Shown piece by piece: positions 34,071-45,700 of a DNA stretch of 64,000 nt. A model generated the notes under the pieces. It ran no database searches, was not told the DNA's origin, and was given only the letters and a program-made list of their open reading frames with translations. The position numbers were made by a program, and so were the translations under genes. Numbering within the stretch: the stretch's first letter is position 1; each line of letters starts with the position of its first letter. Source of the DNA: Naegleria gruberi (taxonomy: Eukaryota); assembly GCA_000004985.1 (NCBI GenBank), contig GG738864.1, one strand, 5' to 3'.

Positions 34071-35177
34071 ATGAGTGAACAACAATCTGTTTCATCCTCT
34101 TGCTGCTTTAAAGAAATTTCTCTCTCCGATATTGAAAATGCCTCGGAACGTATCAGAAAATATATTCATAAAACTCCTGTTCTTACCAATTCGACAATTT
34201 CACAAATGACCGGAATTCCTAATTGTACATTATATTTAAAATGTGAAAATTTGAACAAGGTCGGAGCTTTCAAGATTCGTGGAGCTTGTAATGCAGTATT
34301 GAATGCATTGAATAATTCTGATGAGGAAATTGTGAAAAAAATCAAGGAAGGAGGTGTGATTACACACTCTTCTGGTAATCATGCTGGAGCTTTGGCTAAA
34401 TCTGCTCAAATGTTGGGATTGACAGCTCATATCGTAATGCCAAGTAATTCTCCTGCAGTCAAGAAGAATGCAGTTGAATTGACTTATGGTGCCAGAGTAA
34501 TTTTGTGTGAACCAACTTTGAGATCAAGAGAGGAAACTTGTGAAAGAATTATTCAAGAAACTGGAGCTTTATTTATTCACCCATATGATAATGATGATGT
34601 AATTACTGGACAAGGAACTGCTGTTTTGGAAATGTTGGATCAAGTGAAGGAGGAAAGATTGACTGACGAGTTCCCACTCGATGCATTGATTGTCCCTGTA
34701 GGTGGGGGTGGACTTTCCTCTGGATCTAGTATTTGTTTCAAATCAAAGGCAGCTTTGGAAATTAAGGATTTGGAAAAATTGAAGAAAACCAAAGTTATTG
34801 GTGTTGAACCTCAAGTTGTCGATGATGCTAAGAGATCTATGGAGCAAGGAAAGCTTGTTGGAAACGATCCTAATGTCCCAGCCAATACAGTTTGTGATGG
34901 TTTAAAGACAAACTTGTCAGAGAGAACATTCCATCATATTTCTAAGAATATTGATAGAATTTTCACAGTGACAGATGAGCAAGTTATCAAAGCCATGAAA
35001 CTTGTTTGGGAGAGAATGAAAATTGTTATTGAACCAAGCTCTGCCACTGTCGTTGCTCTCACTCTATTCCATGATGAATTCAAACAAATGGCCACTGAAA
35101 ATCAATGGCAACATATTGGAATGGTAATTAGTGGAGGAAATTGTGATTTGGATGCTCTTCCTTGGACGAAGAAGTAA
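34071..35177 (+). CDS. serine racemase / serine-threonine dehydratase-like PLP (fold type II) enzyme, 369 aa
   Basis: HKTPVLTNSTISQMTG...KCENLNKVGAFKIRGACNAV matches the serine racemase PLP-Lys region (SFKIRGA). A GGGG Gly loop is present. The track ORF starts upstream at 33858. The first ATG at 34071 preceded by an A-run is the better start, divergent from the MBOAT gene. Confidence 0.8.
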   Translation: MSEQQSVSSSCCFKEISLSDIENASERIRKYIHKTPVLTNSTISQMTGIPNCTLYLKCENLNKVGAFKIRGACNAVLNALNNSDEEIVKKIKEGGVITHSSGNHAGALAKSAQMLGLTAHIVMPSNSPAVKKNAVELTYGARVILCEPTLRSREETCERIIQETGALFIHPYDNDDVITGQGTAVLEMLDQVKEERLTDEFPLDALIVPVGGGGLSSGSSICFKSKAALEIKDLEKLKKTKVIGVEPQVVDDAKRSMEQGKLVGNDPNVPANTVCDGLKTNLSERTFHHISKNIDRIFTVTDEQVIKAMKLVWERMKIVIEPSSATVVALTLFHDEFKQMATENQWQHIGMVISGGNCDLDALPWTKK

Positions 35178-35354
35178 ATATTAAATGAAGAAATTAAAAT
35201 TGTACTGCAACTATTTATCTGTACCAAATCCATTACTATTGTATACTTCAATGTTGGAGAGGTTTCATTCTCAATGGCTTTTTTCAAATACAGAATTGAA
35301 CCAATCCTTCTTGAAATCACCTTTCACAAACATGAACTTTAAGATCAAAAAAAA

Positions 35355-36407
35355 ATGCAAAGATCACAACAACAGCAAACCATCAAACTCGCCAAAGCAA
35401 AACAAAAGAAAACAATTTCTTCCGAAAGATTGCCAACAGAAACATTTACATCCATTGTAAGAGATTGTTTAAAATTAAAACTTGATATTCGACCTTTACA
35501 ATTCAAGAAGAAATTTTCTAACGGAACAGACTTTCTTTATGATAAGGTAAAGAATTTGAAGGCAGTTTGTCGAGAAATCAATAGAGGAGATAATGTCATG
35601 ATGAAAATAATTTTCACATGTCAAGATTCTCAACCAATAATTCCAAATTATATACAAGGAGCAGAGAGTAATATTGAAAAGCATAAAATTTCGTACCCAG
35701 ATAAGATCATGTCAATAGACACTTTACGAATTGATATTGAATTTCCATACCATAATTCAATAACAGAGGTTGCTAAGAAGATTAATTTACATGAGGAAGA
35801 ACTGATCAATTCTCTTATAACTATTATTGATATGGATGATCATCAAGTTTATTTCAAAATGAAAACTAATTATTTCAATGAGGATAAGGAGCATTTGTAT
35901 AGATATATTGTAATTGGAAAAATGGATCAAAGTGAACATGCTTTCATCTTTGATGTGAGCGATTTTTCAAATATTTGTGGTACCAATGGTGCTATTCCAA
36001 AAAATCTCAAAAAGATTTATGATTTGTGCATGCCACAGGATTTAGCCCAATATTTTGAAAAGACTGGATGCAGCTCAACAAATTCAGATACAAGTGTTAG
36101 AAGAGTTGGATTTGGAATGTTCTTCAGATCAGATACCAGACCAAGCAGAGAGCGTTGCAGAAGACACTACTATTCGGGTTGGGAATCAGATGGTTCAGTT
36201 GCAACCTTAGTGAACTCGTATTCAAGGAATGGAGATTATGGTATTCAAATATTGGCACAGGGTGCAAGAAAATTCTATCCAACTGAGTATTCTGGTGAGA
36301 TTGATGTAGGATATTACAAATTTAAAATGGGATGGTGTAGATTCACTTCATTCCATTCAGCCCAGCACTACACTTGCAAATTAATCCAGGAAGTTAAAAA
36401 TTCATAA
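35355..36407 (+). CDS. hypothetical protein, 350 aa
   Basis: ATG-initiated ORF with an A-rich context. No family recognised. Confidence 0.45.
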   Translation: MQRSQQQQTIKLAKAKQKKTISSERLPTETFTSIVRDCLKLKLDIRPLQFKKKFSNGTDFLYDKVKNLKAVCREINRGDNVMMKIIFTCQDSQPIIPNYIQGAESNIEKHKISYPDKIMSIDTLRIDIEFPYHNSITEVAKKINLHEEELINSLITIIDMDDHQVYFKMKTNYFNEDKEHLYRYIVIGKMDQSEHAFIFDVSDFSNICGTNGAIPKNLKKIYDLCMPQDLAQYFEKTGCSSTNSDTSVRRVGFGMFFRSDTRPSRERCRRHYYSGWESDGSVATLVNSYSRNGDYGIQILAQGARKFYPTEYSGEIDVGYYKFKMGWCRFTSFHSAQHYTCKLIQEVKNS

Positions 36408-36728
36408 ATATTGAATTGTATTCTGATATGCAGTTTCAACTTCGATATGATCAGAAAATTGGTAAGCAAAATTTTCATCATGTAGAACGTTCAATAAATA
36501 TAGAAGATTGAGCAACCGTTTCAAATTCTTCAACCAAACCTTACTGAACCAACAATCTAACGTTTCGGTCCAAGTGTATATTTTTATGTAAATACCAGAA
36601 ATTATAGACATAAATGACTATGGCCATCATCCCGTCCGATTTGAGAAGTTAAATATTGTCGAGTACTGAGGTTGGAGACAACTTGGGAACCTTTGCTAAT
36701 TGTAAAGTCAAAAAAAATACCCTCACTC

Positions 36729-38768
36729 ATGCCACAAGGGAATGCCATCATTTTTCTTGATTGTAAAATCTCATCCGACTTGCTATCGGGCATGTATCAA
36801 CACTCGAAACGAATACAACTCTACAAGCAGATAATTTTACAATTTTACATGTATAAAATGGATGTGCCACTCTCCGATACTTTGAAAAACGATCGTCAGT
36901 TTATTCTACAAGCACTCCAATACGATTTTATATTCCATAAATATGGAAAGAAATTTGTAGAAGAGTTTTTAAGGAAAGATGAAGAATTTATTATGGAAAT
37001 GATAAGAGTCAATCCAAGGATTATTAGATATTGTCCAAAAAGACCTAAATATTGTTTACAAGCTGTAAAGTATGATCCTCAAATGTTGTTGTATGCGCCA
37101 AAGGAGGTTAAAAGATCAGAATCAATTGTTTGGGAATTATTCAAGAGGGATGCTTCCTGTTTGAGATATGCAAGTCAACGATTGACAAGTGGACCATTTG
37201 CTTTTAAAGTTTTTGAGTACAATGAGAGTGCATTTAGAACATTTTGTAAACATCCATTTACAATTAATTCAATATCTAAAAGGGAGGATTTGTTAAAACT
37301 TGTGTCTATGGGCTCATACTATTCGAAAATTAGTCCTACATTGAGAGAGGATGAGGAGGTTCAATTGGCAGCTCTCAACCATGACGCATATGTTTGGCAA
37401 TTATTGAGAGATGATTTAAAAAATGATAGGAACTTGGCAATGGAATGGGTTAAGAAAAATAGAGAAATTCTTGGATATACGAAATTTATTCACGATTATG
37501 AATTTATGGTGGAGCTGATTGAGGAGAATACTATTTATTTTTGGGATTTCAAAGGAGAAATGAAAGAACAACTTTTCAGAAAGAACAAAAAACTCCTTAT
37601 GACTGCTTTGGAGGATTACAAAATATTGGACTATCATTGGATACCTATTATTTCTACAAGTTGGTATTCCCTTCCTTCATCAATAAGTCAAGATAGAGAA
37701 GTAATCATGTTGTTTTTGAGAAAATTATGTAAAAATGAAAATGGATATAGATACTTTACATTTACCGTTTCTGGAGGAAATATTACAATCAATTGTGACC
37801 AATATTTTAAGGTATGCCTTGAAAATTTCCAAACTGACAGAGATTTCTTCCATTTAAATTTATCTAAAATTGGGTTGAATAGAGTATACGCATATGCTGA
37901 TCAATCAATGAAGAGAGATCCCAAATTCATTGCTTTTGTATTCAATTCATATCCTAACAATAATATCACTTTTGAATATGACAAGAATATAGTGAGAGAA
38001 CTTATTCCGCTTCTCAAGACAAATCCGTCTCAATTATTCACGGATATCAGATCATTGATTTCGGATGACAAGGAGCTATTACTGTTATGCATCAAGAATA
38101 TTAGCCCTTATTGCTTTAATTATGCATCTGAACACTTGAAAACTAATGTGGATTTTATAGAGGAGTGCATGCGAGTTAATAATTCAGTCATAGCAACTGT
38201 TTCCTTGAAATTGGTTAGAATGAATAAGGAATTGGCAATCCTAGCATTCAAAAAGGCAGTAGAAATAGATATAATACTCCCTATTTTAAAAGAATATTTG
38301 GCTGATGATGAATTATTTCAACTGCTATTCCAACCTTATTCAAATATTACTAGCGATCGATTGCTGAAAATATGTGAGGAATTAAGAATTTCTGATAATT
38401 TGAAAAATGATTATGAGCTTGCAAGAAGGATAATGAATAGATCTATCAAGTTCAGTATCATATTCAAAGACGCACCATTCATCAAAGAATTGATAATTGA
38501 AAAACTCATTCAGGGTCCAATCTGCTATTTAGAATTGAACGATTGTTTTAAATTTGATTGGGATTTGTTTAGTACTGTATACAGAAAGGCAGATTACATG
38601 GGTAGAACTAATTTGGTGTATAATAATCAGCACCTCAAGAAAAAAGATGTTTTAGTTAAATTATTAGGGAAAGGAGTGTATATTAGTGATAATGATAATG
38701 GTTTTATTGATAAGAAAATTACAAATGTGGATTTCATGTTGGAAAACTGTTCTCAAATGTTGATTTGA
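36729..38768 (+). CDS. repeat protein (~680 aa) built from tandem ~25-50-aa helical repeats resembling DUF4116
   Basis: Repeats of the form xFILQALQYDxxxLxYAPKEVKRDxExV recur throughout, for example LQAVKYDPQMLLYAPKEVKRSESIVWELFKRDASCLRYASQRL. The track ORF begins at a TTG (36672). The first in-frame ATG is at 36729. Confidence 0.45.
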   Translation: MPQGNAIIFLDCKISSDLLSGMYQHSKRIQLYKQIILQFYMYKMDVPLSDTLKNDRQFILQALQYDFIFHKYGKKFVEEFLRKDEEFIMEMIRVNPRIIRYCPKRPKYCLQAVKYDPQMLLYAPKEVKRSESIVWELFKRDASCLRYASQRLTSGPFAFKVFEYNESAFRTFCKHPFTINSISKREDLLKLVSMGSYYSKISPTLREDEEVQLAALNHDAYVWQLLRDDLKNDRNLAMEWVKKNREILGYTKFIHDYEFMVELIEENTIYFWDFKGEMKEQLFRKNKKLLMTALEDYKILDYHWIPIISTSWYSLPSSISQDREVIMLFLRKLCKNENGYRYFTFTVSGGNITINCDQYFKVCLENFQTDRDFFHLNLSKIGLNRVYAYADQSMKRDPKFIAFVFNSYPNNNITFEYDKNIVRELIPLLKTNPSQLFTDIRSLISDDKELLLLCIKNISPYCFNYASEHLKTNVDFIEECMRVNNSVIATVSLKLVRMNKELAILAFKKAVEIDIILPILKEYLADDELFQLLFQPYSNITSDRLLKICEELRISDNLKNDYELARRIMNRSIKFSIIFKDAPFIKELIIEKLIQGPICYLELNDCFKFDWDLFSTVYRKADYMGRTNLVYNNQHLKKKDVLVKLLGKGVYISDNDNGFIDKKITNVDFMLENCSQMLI

Positions 38769-39083
38769 TTTTTTCAATACTATTTATTTAATGGATAGTG
38801 CTTTGGTACTGTTGGTGTTAATCCATTGAGATCCACTGAATATTAATTCCCTTCATTACATGTGCTTATCATGTGATCTGCTGGAATATCTCTATTTCCA
38901 TGTTTTCCAATCCAAACAGATTGAAATTCTTCAAAGAGATTTCTTGCTTGGTCAACTAAACCTTGTTCTAATAATTGAATGGCTTGATTGTAGGTTTTCC
39001 ACTTGTCTCCCGATTCTTTCTGTTCCAATTCATACATCCTTAAAAAATATATTGTTAAATCTTGTTAGAATGTAAAACAAAAC

Positions 39084-41257
39084 TTACCATTCATCCATAG
39101 CTACCTGCTTTGAAGCCCCCACTTCATATATTGGAATTTTAGTAACCGATTGACTATAATTATCCATCAACAAATTATTCCATGAAACAATTCTCGTGTG
39201 GAACATTTGGTCAATCCCCTTTTCCTGAACTGCTTTTGTAACTGCCAAATCAACCTTCAAATGTTTCATAATATTAATCATATGTTCCAAATTTTGTTGA
39301 TAACTGCCAATAATTGTAAAGGTCTTGACTGCGTTTGTTCCAATATTACCTGCCTTACACAATTGACTCACAACGGCAATGCAAGGTTTGATATTCTTGT
39401 CAACAAGTTTCAGAGCTGTTAACATTTGTGAAAGAGTTGACAAGGCCTTTTCTTCTGGTTTCTGTACACTTGTATACGAATTCCAACTCACAATTATTGA
39501 ACTCTTCTCCAAAGTTCCAACCATTGCATTTGAAGTATTTGCAAACTTTTGAATAACTCCAAAAATATTCGTAAACAAGTTGACCAATTCATTTTCTTTC
39601 AAATTTGTACTAATTTCTTCCATTCCCTCAAAATAAATCATGGCACTTACAACCTGTCTCTGTTCAACTCCCAATTTGAAAAGAAACTTATTCTTTGGGT
39701 TGTGAACTGATGAGGAATGAGCATGATCTGAATCCATCTTTTTGCTGCTGAATTTACTGCTGATTGATGGCTCTGTCATGGATTCGTTATTGTCCAATTT
39801 GGCTAACAAGTGTTGTGGAATGAAAGCTCTGTAAGATTTCATCTTCCTAATCATGGTTGAGATGTGTTGTTGGAATTCTTCAATTTCGGTTAGGTTCGAA
39901 GAGATTTTCATAGCTTCTGCAACATCCAATTGCATTTCTGAAATAAATTCAAACTGATTCAACAGCTGCTTGAATGGCTTTACAATTCTTGAACTAAATC
40001 CCAAACTAATCAATGTTGCACACACAGTAATCACCACACTGACAACTGACGCAACAATGACAGCAATAATAATTGAGGAAATATAATTCCATTGAGGAAC
40101 TGAAAATATAATCAACCAATTCAATCCAGTTGCAGTACATAATCTATAAACACCAACATAATAATCTTCAACACTGGTATACATAAAGGTTGAGCATTTC
40201 ATTGATTTCAAATCATTTCCTAATTGGGAATAAACGGCTTTTCCAACAATTTGAACATTTTCGTCCTCGAATGTGAAGACTGTTTTTCTGTGGGATGTTC
40301 CATTTTTGTAAAATATGGTAGGTGGAATGTCAGGAAAACTATCTAAGTCAAATGTCATTTTTGTCATGTCTAAAATCAATACTTACTAGCAATCAATGCA
40401 TTACTCTCAATCTCTATCACAATTGCCATCGAATTTTGAATCTTACTCGTAAAATCTGATAAGAAAACCGAAAGTGAATGCGCAGTAATATCTATAGCAA
40501 AATACCAATCAAAATTATTTGCACCAGGTTTCGTATAAGCACTCACACAAGTAAACCAAACCCATAATGGAAAACTTGAATGGACATAGGAAGTTGAAAA
40601 GATTGTCGTATTCTTTGCCTTACTGGCATAGTTGACCACATAACTCATATCAAAAGCTCCATAATCAAAATCATATTCTGCATCACCATCTGGAACACAA
40701 TTAGTCACAGATTTGTAATAATCACATCTTTTAAAAAAACCGTTCGTGTCATTTCCAAGCATTTTATATCTGTAGAGTAGTGGCAGGTTTAATTGTCTGG
40801 CGACACTTGTGGTGATTCCAATATATCCACCTAAACCTATTCGATTCCCAAAATAGGCATTGATGGTGAGACCATTGACAAAGTTTTCTTGAGATTTGTA
40901 AACCATGAATGTTGTATCAAATATCCATTGATTTCTATTGTAATCAAATTCGTTTAGTACTGCGTTTCGTGTAGTTTCGGCTGACATGGCAATTTTCTTC
41001 ATTGAATTATCGACAAAGTCAATAATTTGCCCAAAGTTAGATTCTAATAACTTTTGACTCATGGTTACAACTGATCCTGTAAAGCTTGATGCCCAAACTA
41101 TAGTCAAGAATAGGACACATGCAATGACTAAACCTAATAGCAAGAGAATTAAACTCAATTTAATGGAAATAGTCTTGTTTCCACCATTTAAATCAGCACT
41201 AGTTGTAGATTCTGAGCTGACTGAATCAGCTTCTTGAGAGATGGGTTGTATTTTCAT
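39084..41257 (-). CDS. two-TM receptor with extracellular sensor domain and cytoplasmic class-III nucleotidyl-cyclase-homology (CHD)-like domain with non-canonical catalytic residues; 709 aa, 2 exons (41257..40387, 40342..39084)
   Basis: Track ORFs 40376..41257 and 39084..40379 look like a 4-nt overlap, but they are joined by a 44-nt GTAAGT...TTAG intron that restores frame. TM1 is LILLLLGLVIACVLFL, followed by a ~250-aa extracellular region, then TM2 IIIAVIVASVVSVVITV. The C-terminal region (MIYFEGMEEIS...AMVGTLEKSS...CKAGNIGTNAVKTFTIIGSYQQNLEHMI) aligns with cyclase motifs (FADIVGFT...KTIGDAYM...AGVVGxxxPRYxxFGDTVNxASRME), but the metal-binding Asp positions are substituted. Confidence 0.55.
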
Positions 41258-41657
41258 TGCACTATTCGAAAGTTAGTTTTTTTTTGGTTTTTGAACTAAA
41301 TGATTTTGTAGTTGGCAAGTGGGAGAACGGTAAATATTTGATATCAAATGATGGAGATATTTATTGGCAAGCTAAATGCATCAAAATTCAATAGAAAAAG
41401 AATTATACAAAACGTCAGCAATCATCAAGGTCTTTTTGAGTTTCAGTGTTGTTTCAAGAAAGCAAATTTCCCATAGCACTGAAAGTTCTGTTTCAAAAAC
41501 TCTACAGATTCAACAAATTGCTGATTCATTCAAAATTCTACAGAAAACCTCAAAATTCATTTTGATCTTTTTTCTTCACCTAAAATTAGAATTTTCTTGA
41601 TCAGCAAAATTTCAAACAATAAAAAAACAAACAAAATTCAAAATCACTCAATTTACA

Positions 41658-42308
41658 ATGCAAAATTACACCACTAAGCAACAATTCACAGCTGAAAAGT
41701 CCATTGATGAAGCAATATCTTGTATTTCAATCAGTCAACCTTCAATGTCATCTGTTACAAAAAAGAACAGAAGAGGTGGAAGAGGATTGAGAAGAAATAG
41801 GACAATTCATCATGGACAGTCATCATTCACTGATCGTTTCTCATTCAAAACTCGTGCTAATCAAGTTTTATTAAGAAATGATCAAATGATTGCTGACAAT
41901 CAAACAAGACCGTCATGGGGAAGTTTGTTCACAACTTCTCAAAACATGTCAAATGCAGAGAAAGAATCTGCAGAAAGAATTGGATTGAATGATAATTTTA
42001 TCATGTCACCAATTTCTGGTTGCTTTTTGAAGTGGTTTGCTGGTGATGATTTGACAATTGACAGGCAAGCAATTTCAATTGTTAATAAGGTGTACATTCA
42101 AGAGGGTGTTTCAGTTAGTGTTGAAACAATGAAAGAATTGGAGGGAAAGGCTAATGTGGAAATAGTTGACTTTCGTAACATTTCGTTTATGCAATTATTA
42201 AACGAAACTAGAGATAAAAATTGTGTGTTGAGTATTCTTCCAATTTCAAACACCACTAACATGGAAACAGTCATGTTTCTCATTAGTGAATTCAAATTTA
42301 AAATGTGA
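41658..42308 (+). CDS. hypothetical protein, 216 aa
   Basis: ATG-initiated ORF. No family recognised. Confidence 0.35.
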   Translation: MQNYTTKQQFTAEKSIDEAISCISISQPSMSSVTKKNRRGGRGLRRNRTIHHGQSSFTDRFSFKTRANQVLLRNDQMIADNQTRPSWGSLFTTSQNMSNAEKESAERIGLNDNFIMSPISGCFLKWFAGDDLTIDRQAISIVNKVYIQEGVSVSVETMKELEGKANVEIVDFRNISFMQLLNETRDKNCVLSILPISNTTNMETVMFLISEFKFKM

Positions 42309-42374
42309 GATTCTATCAACTTGGGATTAGAATTGAACAAATGTTTTAGATCCCCATATATTATAAAGAAACTG

Positions 42375-42790
42375 AAAACTTTACCACTGGTACAATCAAT
42401 TGACATATCTATTTAAATATTCTAATTGAATCATCTTGTTGATCTGTATATCAACAATTCTTAATGTCATAATCTGAAAGAAATATTTTCCCTCCTGTTC
42501 TATCAATTGCCATTCCATACAAAAATCTTTCAATTTTCCAAATACAATCAGCACTTGATCCTAATCTCATTAAATTCTTCACTCTATATTTGAAAGTATA
42601 CTTATTCTCTCCAAAATAAATAGCATCATTTTATTGATCATCAAAATTCTCTTCAATTAACAAACCAGGCACTCCTCCTTCGACAAGAAAGGCTCCTAAA
42701 TATTCATGAGTAATCAAATCAAAAAATTTCACTTCAGAATTTGAAACATCAGAGATGCACAAACAATTGTGTGAGAAATATTGGCATGGT
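42375..42790 (-). pseudogene. degraded partial copy (3' half plus 3' flank) of the soluble NHL-propeller gene at 61841..62800, lying immediately downstream of kinase gene A's stop codon
   Basis: The reverse complement of 42375-42790 aligns with 62020-62820 at about 90% identity in the retained blocks, for example tttctcacacaattgtttgtgcatctctgat...gatttgattactcatgaatatttaggag.... It carries a CAA>TAA stop in gatcaaTaaaatgatgc. Two internal deletions of ~275 and ~100 bp are each bounded by short direct repeats (ggcaatt, aattgttg). Similarity continues past the parental TAG into the 3' flank. Confidence 0.6.
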
Positions 42791-42795
42791 TCTTT

Positions 42796-45700
42796 TCAAT
42801 AGTCAAATAAATCATTCAAAGTTTCAAGTATTGACATGATTGGTGGTCGTTTCTCTTCCTCAGCTTTCCAACACTCCTGAATTAATCCACATAGACTGTA
42901 TACTTTGCTAGCTTCCAATGAATCAAAAGTTTGTGGATTATTTCTCTTACACCACTGAAAACATTCTTCCTTAGAATGGAAAGGGATGAGAGGTCTGAGA
43001 TTATCTTGACAAATCTTACTGGTGAGGAAGGGAGTACTTGGGAATTTTCTTTCCTTATCAAGATTTAATCGTTGTAAAGTTCTTGGTTCAGTGTAAGTGT
43101 AGGCATCTTGACATTCGAATAATAATTGCCACATGATAATGCCAAATGCATAAACATCACATGATTTGGCATCTTGAATAGTTCCATTAATCAATTGAGG
43201 GCTCATGAAATTATGTGTACCAATCAAGTGTGTCATTATTGAATTATTCTTATCTGACATTTTGCGTGACAATCCAAAATCACATAATTTACAAATTCCA
43301 TCTTTGGTTAATAAAACATTTCCTGGTTTGAGATCTCTGTGGACAATTGGAGTTGGTAAAGTGTGTAAATACTCAATACCTCTTGCAATACCTAAAAACA
43401 TTTGAATTTTACGATCAAATGTCATTATGACAGTTCCCTTTTCTAACTCATGAATTACATCAACTAGAGATTTGTCCAATCGTTCCATTACTATAAATCC
43501 CTTGTTAGGCATTATTGAAACTCCATAGAAAGATGTAATATTAGGATGTCTCAATTTGACCAGTATTTTGACCTCATTGATAAATTCCTGATCTTGAATG
43601 TCAGAATCCATTTCGAATACTTTTACAGCAACACTAATTCCTTTCCACATACTTTCTATAACCATTCCTTGTCCTCCTTTTCCAAGTCTCTTTCTATTTC
43701 TCAAGTCCAAATCACCAATAGGAATGATAAAATCATTTTGTGGACTAGATTCTGGATCTTGCAGCTCTATTGGTTTGTAATCATCACCAAATAACAATTG
43801 CTTTGATAGAGAATCTGCATCTCCAATAATTTTCTTCTGTTTTCCATATTTTCTGCACAGGAATACCAATAAAGACACCAATAATATCAAAAGTGCTAAA
43901 AAGACAATACTCAAAACGATTGGAACAATTGCTGAAATAACGGAATCATTCTTTTCACAATAATCTCCAGAAGATCCACTTAAACATTTGCAATCATCCA
44001 CGGAATTACACATTCCACGACCACTACATACGTTTGGATCATTCTGTGCTAAGCCATAACACATGGTAAATTGGCATTGGTTTCCTGTATATCTATTCTT
44101 ACTGCATGTACACTTATCAATATCGGTGCAATTTCCTCGACTTTTGGCACCTCCACACGCATCCGGGTTGACCTTTCCATAGCAGGTTGCAGTTTCACAA
44201 TTACTTCCCAAATATTGATCACTATTGCATTTGCAAGAGTTGGATGATTGGCATGTTCCTCTTCCATTACACACGTCCTTATTTGCATTGGTCAATCCAA
44301 AACACACAGGTATATCACATTCCTTTCCAGTAAATCCAGATTGACATTCACATTGATTATATCCTATGCATTTTCCTTTTCCACAAGCATCCCCCTCTGT
44401 TTTTCCATAACAAACAGGCAAACACAATGTGAAATTATCATTCAAAATGTAGCCATTAATTTCACAGTGTGGTGTCAATGTATAAATTGCTGTTCGAGTG
44501 CAATAAATGATTGAGCCAGTAAGTGGGTCGAATTCAATATCTAAGGCATTCTCATTCAGATTTGAAATAGTTTCCACTTCTCTTTCTGATTTGATTAAAC
44601 TAATTTTCCTTCCATATTTGTGAAGGACAATTATTTTGTTATCTAAATTGAATACAGGTGAAAATGGACCCTCCAATCCTGATTCAGCAATTGTTGTAAT
44701 TATTCCATTCTTATTAATTCTTCTAATTCTGTCATTTAACATGTCGCAAAATACTAGATCTCCGAAATCATTAATCAATAGTCCAGTAGGTTTGTTGAGA
44801 GAGGATTTCGTTGCTTGGATGTAGTTCGATCCTCTACCAACATCTCCGTCTCCTGCAAGAGTTGTCAGCATGCCATTTCTGTCAAGTTTTCTAATATTTG
44901 AAAATAAGTCATCTGTGAAATAAACAACATTGAAACTATCCACAACAACAGAATATGGATAAGCAATGCTCAATCTTTCAGTAATATTATCTCTTCCGTA
45001 TCCACCTAAAAATCATTTGATTAGAATCTTTGAGATTCTATGAAAATTTCAACATACCAGAAATGAATGTAATTTCTTTAGTTCTAATTGAATCTTCACC
45101 AGTCATGTTCAATCCTAAAACTCGGTGATTTCTCGAATCTAGAAAATAAAGCATGTCGCCATCCACAAATAAACCTTTAGGGCTGTTCAATTTAATCTTT
45201 GCTGGACTAGTGTCTCTGTTAAATCCAGAAACTCCAACTCCAATTGCTGTTGAAATAAAATGTGAATTCACATTAATTAGTCTAATACGATTATTGAAAG
45301 TATCTGAAACGAAAATTAATTCATTTCCATCGTGATCTGTATAATATTCAGCAAATGTTGGATAGAGAAAGCTGATAAAATTATTAGAAAGACTATGAAA
45401 GAAGCACATGTACTCACCTTGCACTCAGGGAGGAGCCACCATCACCTCCATAACCATCGCTTCTTCCTGCTATTGTTTGAGTATTGGAATTGGCATTGCC
45501 ATTTTGTAAAATTATCTTTCTAATTCTATGATTTGCTAATATAATTAGAATAGTTTGGAAAATTTGAAAACTTACCAGAATCTACAATATACAAATGGGT
45601 AATCTTCTCTGGTTTTTCAACACATAATAAACCATACGGTTGATTGAATGCTGATGCAAGAGGAGCCCCATCAATATATCCTTGATATCCAACACCTGCT

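Noticed and set aside
40376-40379. Apparent 4-nt ATGA-type overlap of two minus-strand ORFs (operon-like coupling)
   Set aside because: The downstream ORF starts at a TTG. A 44-nt GTAAGT...TTAG intron joins the two in frame, so this is a single eukaryotic spliced gene.
45393-45417. A 25-nt intron (GTGAGT...CATAG) in kinase A
   Set aside because: It is in frame, but it breaks the conserved NHL repeat spacing. The 46-nt intron using the next AG (TATCAG) restores the GDGG-x4-A-x-[LF]-x2-P pattern.
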